Below are positions 43,626 through 55,637 of a stretch of DNA of 64,000 nt, piece after piece. Below the pieces are notes generated by a model, which was given only the letters and a program-made list of their open reading frames with translations, was not told the origin of the DNA and made no database searches. The stretch comes from Scyliorhinus canicula. Lineage: Eukaryota. The DNA lies in NCBI RefSeq assembly GCF_902713615.1, contig NW_024055760.1:248001-312000 (forward strand), written 5' to 3'. Numbering within the stretch: position 1 is the stretch's first letter; every line of letters begins with the position of its first letter. Both the position numbers and the translations under genes were made by a program.

Positions 43626-43844
43626 AAATATTTAAGGACTCTGCTTCCACTGCATTTTAAGGACGGAAGTTCCAAAGTCATAGAATCCCGACAGTGGAGA
43701 AGGAGCCCATTCGGCCCATCAGGTCTGCACCAACCCTCTGAAAGAGCAGCCCACCCAGGCCCACCCCACCCATGCCTACTCCAACTTCATAACCCCACCC
43801 AACACCCACGTCCTTGGAGACGAAGTGGCAATTTAGAAAGGCCA

Positions 43845-44370
43845 AATCCACCTAACCTGGCTAATCCACCTAACCTGGCTAATCCACCTAACCTGGCTAA
43901 TCCACCTAACCTGGCCAATCCACCTAACCTGGCTAATCCACCTAACCTGGCCAATCCACCTAACGCGTAACCAGCGCCACCACACTGCCACCTAACCGGC
44001 CAATCCACCTAACCTGGCCAATCCACCTAACCTGGCTAATCCACCTAACCGGCAATCCACTTAACCCGGCCAATCCACCTAACCCGGCCAATCCACCTAA
44101 ACCCGGCCAATCCACTAACCCGGCCAATCCACCTAACCGGCCAATCCACCTAACCCGGCCAATCCACAAACCTCAACCTAACCGGCTAATCCACCTAACC
44201 GGTACCCACCTAACCCCCAATCACCTAACCCGGCCCATCCACCTAACTGGCTAATCCCCCTAACCTGGCCAATCCACCTAACCTGGCCAATCCACCTCAC
44301 CTGGCCATCCACCTAACCTGGCTAATCCACCTACCTGGCTGATCCCACCTACCTGGGCCAATCCACCTAA
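43845..44370. repeat. 18-bp minisatellite (about 28 degenerate copies) expanded inside an antisense SINE (about 43680-44520)
   Basis: Unit AATCCACCTAACCTGGC(T/C); SINE sequence continues on both sides. Confidence 0.9.
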
Positions 44371-44694
44371 CCCTGCACATCTTATGACCTCTGTGAGGAA
44401 TCCGGAGCACCCGGAGGAACCCAGAACAGGGAGAACGTGCAAACTCCACACAGTCACCCAGGGCCTGGAATTGAACCTGGATCCTTGGTGCTGTGATGCA
44501 GCAGTGCTAACCACTGTGCCACCTCCTGTTTTACAACCCTCAAGAGAGAAAAATATCTTCATCACCATCTGAAATGGATGACCCCTCATTTTGCAACAGT
44601 GACCTTCTTGTTCCAGATTCTCCCACAAGAGGAACCATCCTCTCCACATCCACTCTGTCAAGATCCCTCCGGATCTTATATCGTTCACTCCAGG

Positions 44695-45000
44695 TGTGGT
44701 GAGTGTGATTCACACCGGATTATAATCTGTAGATACATGTGCCTATATTGTAAGTGCAGTTGCACTACCTGACCACCAGGGGGAGTAGCTCTTGGAATGC
44801 TCGGGAATTGTACTGGGCTGCTCCCTTGGTTCCGCACAGGACTCCTCCCCCTGGAGATGCTGTATAAAGATCAGTGCCACATGGTCAGCCGGCCAGTTCA
44901 CCGAAAGTTCAATGGCTAACCGGCTGGCTCTGTTGAGAGTATATTAAAACCGCTATTCTAATCCTACAAGCCCGTGTCCATAGAATTGTTGGTTCCAACA
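44695..45000 (+). mobile_element. Solo LTR (306 bp) inserted in an antisense CR1 fragment
   Basis: TGT...ACA termini, 5-bp TSD CCAGG (44690-44694 and 45001-45005), TATAAA and ATTAAA signals, and an internal CCACCAGGGGGAG CTCF-like motif. Confidence 0.8.
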
Positions 45001-45249
45001 CCAGGTTTTACCCAGAACTTTAAATCTGTATCCCGACTGCTTGTACGATCAGTGAATGGAAACAGAGTTTCTTTGTCCACCCAATGGAAATCTGGCATAA
45101 TCTTGTGTCCCTGAATCAAATCTTCCCTCAACCTCCTTTGCTGGATCCATTCTGGTAAACCTCCTCTGCACCTTCTCCAAGAACCTTCAAATCCTTCCTG
45201 AAAAGTGGTGACCAGAGCTTTATAAAGATTCATAGAATAGAATTGGAGC

Positions 45250-45580
45250 CATAGAATTCCTACAATGCAGAAGGAGGCCATTCAGCCCATCAAGTCTGCA
45301 ATGATTCTCTGCAAGGGCACCCTGTTTAGGCCCACACCCCTACCCTGTAACCCCATAGCCCCACCTAACCTGCACATCCCTGGACACTAAGGGGTAATTT
45401 ATCAAGGCCAATTCACCTAACTTTCCCTTCTTTGGACTGTTAGAGGAAACCTGAGCACCGGGTGGAAACCCACGCAGACACGGGGAGAAAGTGCAAACTC
45501 CACACACACAGTCACCAAGGCCGAAATTGAACCCGGGTCCCTGGCGCTGTGAGGCAGCAGTGCTAATAATCGTGCCACCA
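45250..45580 (-). mobile_element. HE1-like SINE
   Basis: Antisense head ...GGCACGATTATTAGCACTGCTGCCTCACAGCGCCAGGGACCCGGG and CR1-type tail. Confidence 0.78.
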
Positions 45581-45624
45581 GAAGCATAGTTTTGGGATCA
45601 ATATTACTGTTTATGAATAAAAGC

Positions 45625-45805
45625 AAATTACTGTGGATGCTGGAATCTGAAGCCAAAGAGAAAATGCTGGAACATCTCAGCAGGTCTGGCAGCATCTGTA
45701 GGGAGAGAAAAGAACTAACAAAGGACCATCTGGACTCAACATGAGATCTTTTCTCTCCCTACAGATGCTGCCAGACGTGCTGAGATGTTCCAGCATTATC
45801 TCCTC
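45625..45805. mobile_element. Second Penelope-type terminal repeat family in inverted arrangement (related pieces at about 39925-39990, 42265-42342 and in the tRNA-Pro unit)
   Basis: AAATTACTGTGGATGCTGGAATCTG...CTCAGCAGGTCTGGCAGCATCTGTAGGGAGAGAAAAG followed by its own reverse complement. Confidence 0.55.
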
Positions 45806-46186
45806 GGTTATTGTTTATGAAGCTCAAGATCGAATTTCCTTTGCCATCTATTCTCTTTAATATGACTTGTAGATGTACAAAATCCCTCTTCACCTCTCTC
45901 TCATTCCTCCCAAAGAGGCCAGTTGGGTTTTTATGACAATCCAGCAGTTTTCATGGTCACTTTTTCCCAGTGCCGGCCCCACAAATGACCAGATTCATTC
46001 AGCTCAATTTCACAACCTGCCTTTGTGTTTTTGTGGGTTCTCTCACTCCCTATTTTCTGTTTTCAATCAGTATCACAGGGTGTTCGAAGGGGAGGCTTCA
46101 AAGTCCGGAAACTCAAACCAAGCATCACATCAGGATCTGACAGAGCCCTCAATTTATCATATCCTGAATATCAGCGGATTTTGAAC

Positions 46187-47362
46187 ATGGAAGAAAAAAG
46201 CATCATTCACAGTGGGGAGAACCCGTACACGTCATCAGGCCCCATGAGACAGAAATGCAGCCGCACTGAGGAGAAACCGTGGAAATGTGCGGACTGTGGG
46301 AAAGGATTCACTTACCCATCCAGCCTGGAAACTCATCGACGTGTTCACACTGGGGAGAGACCATTCACCTGCTCCACGTGTGGGAAGGGATTCACTGACT
46401 CATCCACACTGCGGAAACACCAGCGAGTTCACACAGGGGAGAGGCCATTCACCTGCACCGAGTGTGGGAAGGGATTCACTCGGTCATCCAACCTGCTGAT
46501 TCACCAGCGTGTTCACACTGGGGAGAGACCGTTCACCTGCTCCACGTGTGGGAAGGGATTCACTGAGTCATCCACACTGCGGAAACACCAGCGAGTTCAC
46601 ACTGGGGAGAGACCGTTCACCTGCATCGAGTGTGGGAAGGGATTCACTGACTCATCCACACTGCGGAAACACCAGCGTGTTCACACTGGGGAGAGACCAT
46701 TCACCTGCTCCGCCTGTGGGAAGGGATTCACTCGGTCATCCCACCTGCTGATTCACCAGCGTGTTCACACTGGGGAGAGACTGTTCACCCGCATCGAGTG
46801 TGGGAAGGGATTCACTTGGTCATCCCACCTGCTGAGTCACCAGCGAGTTCACACTGGGGAGAGACTGTTCACCCGCATCGAGTGTGGGAAGGGATTCACT
46901 GACTCATCCACACTGCGGAAACACCAGCGTGTTCACACTGGGGAGAGACCATTCACCTGCTCCGCCTGTGGGAAGGGATTCACTCGGTCATCCCACCTGC
47001 TGATTCACCAGCGTGTTCACACTGGGGAGAGACTGTTCACCCGCATCGAGTGTGGGAAGGGATTCACTTGGTCATCCCACCTGCTGAGTCACCAGCGAGT
47101 TCACACTGGGGAGAGACCGTTCACCTGCATCGAGTGTGGGAAGGGATTCACTGACTCATCCACACTGCGGAAACACCAGCGTGTTCACACTGGGGAGAGA
47201 CCATTCACCTGCTCCGCCTGTGGGAAGGGATTCACTCGGTCATCCCACCTGCTGATTCACCAGCGTGTTCACACTGGGGAGAGACCGTTCACCTGCTCCA
47301 CGTGTGGGAAGGGATTCACTCAGTCATCCCACCTGCTGAGACATCACCGAGGCCACAAGTAA
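46187..47362 (+). CDS. C2H2 zinc-finger protein, main exon: 13 fingers, 3 of them with the first Cys changed to Arg
   Basis: Open frame with TGERPF linkers and CxxC...HxxxH repeats; ATG at 46187; possible upstream acceptor near 46070; no KRAB or BTB domain seen. Confidence 0.9.
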   Translation: MEEKSIIHSGENPYTSSGPMRQKCSRTEEKPWKCADCGKGFTYPSSLETHRRVHTGERPFTCSTCGKGFTDSSTLRKHQRVHTGERPFTCTECGKGFTRSSNLLIHQRVHTGERPFTCSTCGKGFTESSTLRKHQRVHTGERPFTCIECGKGFTDSSTLRKHQRVHTGERPFTCSACGKGFTRSSHLLIHQRVHTGERLFTRIECGKGFTWSSHLLSHQRVHTGERLFTRIECGKGFTDSSTLRKHQRVHTGERPFTCSACGKGFTRSSHLLIHQRVHTGERLFTRIECGKGFTWSSHLLSHQRVHTGERPFTCIECGKGFTDSSTLRKHQRVHTGERPFTCSACGKGFTRSSHLLIHQRVHTGERPFTCSTCGKGFTQSSHLLRHHRGHK

Positions 47363-48109
47363 CCACAGTGATTGGATTTTGCTGTGAACTCACATTCAGG
47401 ACTGAACCATGTTCATTTGGGTCTCTTTCTGCTGATAACAAACTCCAGCCCATTTACAGGGGCTAATATTCTGGCTGAAAGTTAAATAAATTAGAATTAT
47501 GTTAAATTCAGTGTTGAAATGTTTTAATATCTCTGACACAAGTTAGTTCCTTTTGAAGTACTCTCGCTCTCCCCTCATTTCCAACAAGATGTGTGAGGAG
47601 CTTGCGGAGCTTCTTTGTGACTGAGATTGAGTCAATCCGATCAGCTGCCTCTGCTGCTTCCCTCCCTTCCACGAGCCCACCGGACCGAACTGTCTCTAAA
47701 TTTCATCCTTTTGACTTCTGGTGCCGGCCATAGAGTAGGAGGTCGCGCATTTGGGAGCTCCCGCTCGTGACGGACCTTTTGAACCTTTTCACCCGATTTG
47801 TTTCGGAATTCTATTAGAAACATCGGTGGAGAGTGAGACAGTGAGGAGAAATCCCCACCAGTATGTGGAGCCGTGGACCAGAAACGGTCGTCCAAGAAGA
47901 AGGAAGTGCAGTGGGGGAGGGGGTGGTGAGCAGGTGGTAAGTTTGTTAAGGGGGGTTGGGATTCTTCTGCTGCTCAGAGTGGGGCGGAGGGGGAAGCGGG
48001 AGCTGCTCTGCTGACAGAGGAGAAACTGTTGCTGAGAGACAAAAGGGGAGGTCGAGGACAGTGGATGCCCGAAGGCGGGCCAACGGAGGTGAGGGACGCG
48101 AGCAGGAGG

Positions 48110-50720
48110 CTGGCCTAAGAAGGGTGATCAGTACATGGAACGTTAGAGGGCTGAATGGGCTGGTTAAGAGGGCTCACATGTTCACACATTTGAAGGGATT
48201 GAAGAAGAAAGTGGCAATGTTACAGGAGACACACCTGAGAGCAATAGATCAGACCAGATTGAGGAAGGGATGGGTCAGCCAAGTATTTCATTTCAGTGCT
48301 GGACTCATAAGACGAGGGGGGGGTCGCCATCCTGATCAACAAACGGGTGGCATTTGAGGCAGGGAGAATAGTGGTGGATGTAGGGGCAAGTTCATCATGG
48401 TGAGGAGGGGGGGGGTTCGAGGTCAACGACAGGGAGGGTGCCAGCAGTAGCGAAGGAACTAAAGGGGTTCATAGAGTAAATTGGGGGGGGGGGGAAGAGA
48501 CCCGTGGAGGTTCGGATGGCCAAGAGTGAAGGAATTTTCTTTTTTTCTCCCATGTGCACAAAGCGTACTGCCGGATCGACTTCTTTATTCTGAGCATGGT
48601 TCTGCTGGTGGGGGTGGTTGATACCAAATATTCGGCAATTGCTCTGTCGGACCATGCCCCACATTGGGTGGATTTACGGGTAAGGAGAGAGGGCAGCGTC
48701 CGCAATGGAGGTTAGGTGTGGGACTGTTAGCGGATGAGGGGGTGTGCGGGCGGGTGAGGGAATCTATCCAGAACTATTTGGAAATAAATGACACGGGGGA
48801 TGTCTCGGCAGCAACGGTTTGGGAAGCGCTGAAGGCAGTGGTTAGGGGGGAAAAGGTGGAGCGAGCAGAGAGGGATAGGGTAGTTGGGGAAATACTCCAG
48901 GTGGACAGGACATATCCGGAGGCGGGGTTATTGAAGGAGTGGCAGGGGCTACAAATGGAGTTTGAGCTGTTATCTGGAGGGAAGGCGGAGGAGCAACTGA
49001 GGAAGTCAAGGGGGGAGCGGTATACGAGTATGGTGAGAAGGCCAGTACGATGCTAGCGCACGAGCTGAGGAAAAGGGAGGCGGCCAGGGAGATAGGAAGG
49101 TTGAAGGACAGAGGTGGGAACCCGGTCTTGGACCCAGCAGGGGTGAACGGGGTGTTTAAGGAGTTTTATAGCAAGTTATATGAGTCAGAACCCCAGCTGG
49201 GGTAGAGGGGATGAGGCAGTTTCTGGGTGAGTTGAAGTCCGAAGGAAGGACTGGTGGAGGGGTCGGGAGCCCCGACTTGGAATTGAAGAAATAGTAGAAG
49301 GGCTGGGGGCCAGGCATTGGGTAAGGCCCCGGGATCGGACAGCTACCCAGTTGAATTTTATAAGAAGTTCTCGGAGGTGCTGAGCCCGCTGCTGGTGAGG
49401 GTTTTTAATGAGGCAAAGGAGCGGGGTTCCTTCCCCCAACAATGTCACAGGCCTCGATCCTGAAGCGGGAGAAGGACCCTGAGCTATGCGGGTCATATAG
49501 GCCAATCTCCCTATTGAACGTGGATGCCAAACTGTTGGCCAGAATATTGGCCTCAAGGCTAGAGGGCTATGTCCGTGAGGTGATAAGGGAAGACCAGACG
49601 GGGTTTGTGAAGAGCAGGCAACTTACGGCCAATGTCAGAAGGCTCTTAAACGTTATGAGAGGTGGGAGAGGGAAAGGTATTGGATATCTACAAAGAACTC
49701 ATGGAGTCGGAGGAAACTCAGATAGAGGAGCTAAAGGGCAAATGGGAAGAGGAGCTCTGGGGAGGGATAGAGGCAGGTCTGTGGGCGGATGCCTTGAGCA
49801 GAGTCAATACGTCCTCATCATGTGCCAGGCTCAGCCTGATACAATTTATGGTCGTTCACAGGGCAGACATTTTTAAAAAAAATTTAGAGTACCCAATTTA
49901 TTTTTTCCAATTAAAGGGCAATTTAGCGTGGCCAATCCACCTAGTCTACACATCTTGGGGTTGTGGGGGCGAAACCCACGCAAGCACAGGCAGAATGTGC
50001 AAACTCCACACGGACAGTGACCCAGAGCCGGGATCGAACCTGGGACTTTGGCGCCATGAGGCAGCGATTCTAACCACTGTGCCACCGTGCTGCCCTGTTC
50101 ACCGGGCACACATGCCGGTGGCCCGGATGAGCAGGTTTTTTGGGGTAGAGGAGAGGTGGGGTGGGGGGGGGGGGGTCAGCAAGTCATGTCCATATGTTCT
50201 GGGCCTGCCTGAAGCTTGGGGGATTCTGGCAGGGTTTTGCAGATGTCATGTCCACGGCCCTAAAAACACGGGTGGTGCTGAGCCCAGAGGTGCCGGATTT
50301 TGGAGTGTCGGGAGTCCAGGGGGCGAGAGAGGCTGATGTCTTGGCCTTTGCCTCCCTGGTAGCCCGGAGACGGATATTGCTAGCGTGGAGGGACCCGAAG
50401 CCCCCGGAATCAGAGATCTGGGTTAGCGACGTGGCTGGGTTTCTCAGACTTGAAAAATCAAGTTTGCCCTCAGAGGGTCAACGCTCGGTTTCATCAGGAG
50501 GTGGCAGCCGTTTGTCGACTTCTTTAGAGAAAATTAACTGTCAGCAGAGGCAAAAAACTTAAAGGGGGGTAGTTAGGCTATTCTCTGTTGAGGGTAGGAG
50601 GGACTTGTTAGGGATGGAGATGATTTATGCATGATGTTTTATGTGGATTTGTATTGTTTACTGTTGTCACTTATTATTATAAAATTACAAAACCTTAACA
50701 AAATGTATTTTTTTTAAAAA
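48110..50720 (+). mobile_element. L1-clade LINE ORF2 remnant (APE plus RT, internally deleted) with a nested SINE at about 49870-50096
   Basis: ISTWNVRGLNG...AMLQETHL, RIDFF, SDHAP, SYRPISLLNVDAKLL...DQTGFV, and an A/T-rich 3' tail. Confidence 0.85.
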
Positions 50721-51397
50721 TCAACATCACCAAAATCAGATCATCTGCTCATTGCCACATTGCTGTTTGTGGCATCTTGCTTTGTGGAAATTGGCTGCTG
50801 CATTTCCTATAACAGTGACGACACTTCAGAAGCTCTTTGGGACATGCTGGGGTTATGAAAGGCGCTACAGAAGTGCAAGTTTTAAATTGAAGATTGATGC
50901 TTTCTGACATCCCCAATTAATAAATTTGCTTTGGTTCGGACAAGACTTTAACCAATTAAATCAAAGGCAGAATTCTGGACAGTAAATTTAAAAAGGAGTT
51001 TTTTTAAAGAAAAGCTTTACTGACTGACTTGAAGACATTGACGTTTACAACTTCATGGCAGTGATCAGTCTGTGGAAGCGTAACCCTCCCTGGCTCCTTT
51101 GACACCTAATTTCCTTGGAACTCGGCCTCGAGAGTCTCCAGTACTTGGCCAACAAGGAAGACCTTCGGAACCTCGACCTTTACCCCCAAAGTGACCATTA
51201 CCTCATGTCAGAGTTGGGCCTGTGGTAACATGACCATTGGTCAATTGGATTGGCCAATTAATTCAATTGGATCTTTAATTACTGACACCACCTTCTCTCA
51301 TTACCTTTGACAGGAATACAATTGAACAGTTTCATACTATCCCTTTATCTGATTCTGTACGACCCCTTATTCAAACAGTTTCAAATGTTGAGGCTAA

Positions 51398-52060
51398 TCA
51401 GAGTTGGAAGGTCTCCCTTGCCGGTACATTTATCCTCATCGCACATTCTTTATATACACAGCGATTAAGCTTAAGATAAATAAATCCCTTCCCACACTGA
51501 GAGCAGTTGAATGGCCTCACCACCGAGTGAATTCGCCGATGTTTCCGTAGGCTGGATGAATCAATGAATCCCTTTCCACACTGAGAGCAGGGGAATGGCC
51601 TCTCCCCAGTGTGACTGCGTCGATGAATCTCCAGCTTAGACGGGACTCTGAATCCCTTCCCACAGTCCCCACATTTCCACGGCTTCTCCATATTTTGGGT
51701 CTCCTCGTGTCGCTCCAGATTGGACAATCAGCGGAAGCCTTGTCTATGCAGTCTATACACAGAACATGTGCACTGTCTCTCCTCGCTGTGAATGGTGTGA
51801 TGTTTTTTCAGGCTGTGTAACCAGTTGAAGCTCTTTCCACAGTCAGTTCACTGGAACACTCTCACTCGGATGTGTGGGTCTCCAGTCACACTCACGTTTA
51901 AAATCTTTTGAAGCCGACAGATCGGACAAACATTTCTCCTTCTCACCAATGATATTCAGAGCCCGTTGTTTTCAGATCAGAAGGAATCGAATGATTCCAC
52001 ACGTGATGTTTGAGATTTCTGTCTATAATTCCTCCTCTTCCAGTATCCTTTAAAAACAAT
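51398..52060 (-). pseudogene. Truncated C2H2 zinc-finger gene (2 complete fingers), paralogue of 61.7-63.1 kb
   Basis: [55 protein letters not shown], broken at about 51477 by unrelated sequence. 51600-53030 aligns with 62650-64000. Confidence 0.85.
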
Positions 52061-53024
52061 TTACAAAAGTCTTCATTGTTAGTTCAGGATAGAAATTCAG
52101 AACAGACAACTCTAGTTCCTCTCTCATTCTCCAAAAGCTGTAAATCTGTAAATTCCCATACCAGCCTCCCCGGACAGGTACCAGAATGTGGCGACTAGGG
52201 GCTTTTCACAGTAACTTCATTGAAGCCTACTTGTGACAATAAGCGATTTTCATTTCATTTTTTCAAATCTCCATCCCACACAATCTCCCTCCATTCTCAC
52301 TCTGCTGTATGTACTGTTCACTCTCCCAATTCTCCCGAAGATGCTGATTCATGCTGATTGACAGATTCAAGGTCAGCTCACTGCTTCCTGAACAGGACAC
52401 AGATTATAATACGAGCAAAAGTAGGCCATTCGGCACACCGAGTCTGCTCAATGAGACAATAAGACCCTTGGCCGATCTACCTCAGCACCATTTTCCCACA
52501 CAATCCCCATATCCGTCAATATCTTGAATATCTGGAAACCTATCAATATTTGTCTTGAACATACTTGGTGACTGAGGCTCCATATACCTCTGGGGTAGGG
52601 AACTCAGAAGCTTCACCACATCCTCAAGTGAAGAAATCCCGCTTAGTCTCAGCTTTTACGCTATTTTCCTATCTGTTCCCCATAACCCTTAACTCCATTG
52701 TCAATAAAATATCTGTCAAACTTGTGCTTCAATATATTCAATGACCCCCAGATACAACTGGTCCCTGTGGAAGGGAAATCCAAAGACTAACAACCCTTTG
52801 AGGGAAGAGATGACTGGAAATCTATAATGTAGCTAGTTTGATATTATAAGACGAGAAATAATTATATGTTTACTTTATTACAGAACCATAAATAATATAT
52901 CAAATCTGTTCTATATAGGAACACGAGACATATCTCTGTCCATTATAATGTCCCTTGAAATATCAGCCAACTCCTGGGGAACTCACCCCTTTAATTGAGA
53001 ACATTAGGAAAGAGACAATTCTTT

Positions 53025-53240
53025 TTTAAAATAAATTTAGAGTAAGCAATTTTTTTTTCCAATAAAGGTGCAATTTAGCGTGGTCAATCCACTTACCCTG
53101 CACATCTTTGGGTTGTGGAGGTGAAATCACGCAGACACGGGGAGTATGTGCAAACTCCACATGGACAGTGACCTGGGCAGGAATCGAACCTGGGTCCTCG
53201 GTGCCATGAGGCAGCAGTGCTAACCACTGCGCCACCATGC
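53025..53240 (-). mobile_element. HE1-like SINE
   Basis: Antisense GGCGGCATGGTGGCGCAGTGGTTAGCACTGCTGCC head. Confidence 0.8.
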
Positions 53241-54099
53241 CGCCGACAGGAAAATATTTTCACCAGATAGGCTGGTGAATGGAGTGAGAAGGGGGTGAAG
53301 CTGCAGTGGTTGAACCAGTTTTGGCTGGTTCGACAAGCTGAGCTTCTCGGTCGGAATCTGGAAGGTTGGGTTTGGATTCAATTTGTGTGTCTCGGTTGGG
53401 CGCTGATGGGAAATGGGAGGGGGGCGGGTGGTTGGATGGGTTTGCTAGCTGATAACTATCAAACTGTTTTTGTTTTACTCTGAGGGTATAGGTGTGTGTG
53501 GCTGTCACCTTGGTGGACCCTTGGCCCGTACTTTTTGAAGATTTACTGGATAGTTCCTTCTGGCTGATTCCGTGATGGGGAGGGGGAGGTGGGAGATCCC
53601 TGATTCGGGGCTGGTCACCTGGAACGTAAGGGGTTTGGGTGGACCAGTGAAGAGGTTGAGGCTATGCTAAATTGCGCTTAGTGTGCAAAATTGCCCTTAG
53701 TGTTGGGTGGGGTTATGGGGATAGGGTGGGGGTATGGGCTTGGGTAGGGTGCTCTTTCCAAGAGCCGGTGGAGACTCGATGGGCTGAATGGCCTCCTTCT
53801 GCACTGTAAATTCTATGATTCCAGACCAGACTGCGGAAGGGTGAGCCAAGTGTTTCACTCGATCTTTGACAAAGGGCTCAAGGCTCTGCAATTCTAATCA
53901 ATACACTTGTCCCTCTTTCATTCATTAGGATTGGCTTCCTTTTCTTTCCATCTCTGCCACCGCTTTGCCCCATCAATAAGACATTGGGACTCAAAGACTA
54001 ATCCAGTTTGATGGACAAGTTGTCTCCATTCTGAACAATGGGGAACAAGCTCCTCCCACTCATTGAAACATCGCCCCGACAAAGATGAGAAACGCCCAT

Positions 54100-54520
54100 G
54101 CGCCCTGATGCACATCCAATAAAGATGGCGGCCGTTAACCTGAGCCGGATATGAGCTGCAGCTCCACTCGGTACAAACTGGATCCCGGAAACTCTTTTCC
54201 GAGGCTCGTGCCTCACACAAGGTGCTTAGGCAACGTTTCCGTCCATCCCCGCGATCTTTCGCTCCCTCCATATCGTTAATCGTTTGTTACTAATTTTGGA
54301 TCTGAAGACACAGTCCTTGTCCATTGCCATTACCCACACTGCGCATGCTTCAATCACAGCGGGCCCCGCCCCTCATTCACTCCGATTGGTTGGAGGACCA
54401 GCCGCTCCCAGTCGGTCCTCCAGCCCGCCCCTCCTCTTTCAATTGGTCTGGAGCTGCCGTCAATCACACGGGCATTGTGACGGTGACAGATGGTGAGAGC
54501 GGCCGCAGGCTCAGGCTGCC
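54100..54520. promoter_or_regulatory. CpG-rich promoter-like region, possibly the ZNF first exon/promoter
   Basis: YY1-type AAGATGGCGGC at about 54122, GCGCATGC, two CCCGCCCC GC boxes and two ATTGG CCAAT boxes. Confidence 0.45.
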
Positions 54521-54629
54521 CCAGAGGATAAACAGCAAAGGATTCACTCACTTGGAGAGTAACAAACACAGTGTCTGTTCCAGTAATGAATCAAGCTGCA
54601 GTGGCAGTGAACACATCATTGGATCCAAT

Positions 54630-54920
54630 GTAAAATCATAGATCCCAGATACTGCAGAAGGAGGCCATTCGGCCCCTCAAGTCGGCGCCCTCTGAAAGAT
54701 CACTCTCCCTAGACCAATCCTTCATCCGATCCCCGTAACCCCACCCAGGGACAATTTAGTCCATCTAACATCTTTGGACTGTGGGAGGAAACCAGAACAA
54801 CTGGAGGAAATCTACGCAGAGATAGGAAGAGTGTGTAAACCACACAGACAGTGACCCAGGGTCGGAATTGAACCCAGGTACCTGGCACTATGAGAAAACA
54901 GTGCTAACCACTGTGCCGCC
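54630..54920 (-). mobile_element. HE1-like SINE, degenerate
   Basis: Antisense head and CR1-type tail. Confidence 0.72.
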
Positions 54921-55398
54921 CAATACTCTGTCAATGTTACTATTAGACAATAACCTGCCTGTTATTCCAACCCTGGTGTGTGTTTCTCTGTCACTTATTA
55001 TTAGACATTATATCTGCAGTGTCAAAATCGGAACACGTTTTACTTCTCATTGCAACTTGAAAATTCAGTACTTCTGGCTTTGTTGAATGAATATTTCAGG
55101 CCGAGGGGAAATCAAATATAATAGCCGGGTAATGTAGGAGATTCGGGTGATATTCAGTAAAGTCGCCAGAGTCCTTATTGGCCACTGGCTGCTCTCCCTT
55201 TTGAGGGGGCGAGCTGCCTGGTGGCGATTTAACCTGAGGATCACCACACCTCAGGCGAGGGGTTAAATTGAGAAGACAGGCCCTTCATGAATAACCTCAG
55301 CTGATGTGAGAATTGATCACGCCCTGTTGACCTTGCTCCCCATCAAGAACCAGCTGTCAAGCCACCTGAGCTAAACTGGATGCCAAAACATTGAACTG

Positions 55399-55471
55399 AG
55401 AGCCAGCCAGGAGTCGAACCTGGATTCTCCTGATTTGTAGTCAGCTGCGTTATCCATTGCGCCACTGGCCC
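55399..55471 (-). pseudogene. tRNA-Arg-derived pseudogene with anticodon changed from ACG to ACA
   Basis: GGGCCAGTGGCGCAATGGATAACGCAGCTGACT-ACA-AATCAGGAGAATCCAGGTTCGACTCCTGGCTGGCTCT; G-G pair in the anticodon stem and altered discriminator. Confidence 0.78.
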
Positions 55472-55564
55472 ACAGTGGTGCATGGCTTTTGATATTTTTC
55501 GTTGATGAAGACCAGTTACGAGATTGAGGTAGTATTCAGCACAGACTAAACCTGAAGCATATGA

Positions 55565-55637
55565 TGTTTCTGCCGGGTTTCGAACTGGGGACCTTTCAAA
55601 TGTGAGGCGAATGTGATAGCCACTACACTACAGACAC
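55565..55637 (-). pseudogene. tRNA-Val(CAC) pseudogene
   Basis: GTGTCTGTAGTGTAGTGGCTATCACATTCGCCT-CAC-ATTTGAAAGGTCCCCAGTTCGAAACCCGGCAGAAACA with several stem mismatches. Same Val-Arg spacing as 22631-22870. Confidence 0.78.

Noticed and set aside
38650-44169. Repeat-rich ORFs (38650-39176, 42721-43107, 43787-44169) as proteins, or the arrays as CRISPR
   Set aside because: They are translations of minisatellites. Units are contiguous with no unique spacers and there are no cas genes.
55399-55471. Functional tRNA-Cys(ACA)
   Set aside because: Arg body with a CpG-type ACG to ACA change, an anticodon-stem mismatch and an altered discriminator.
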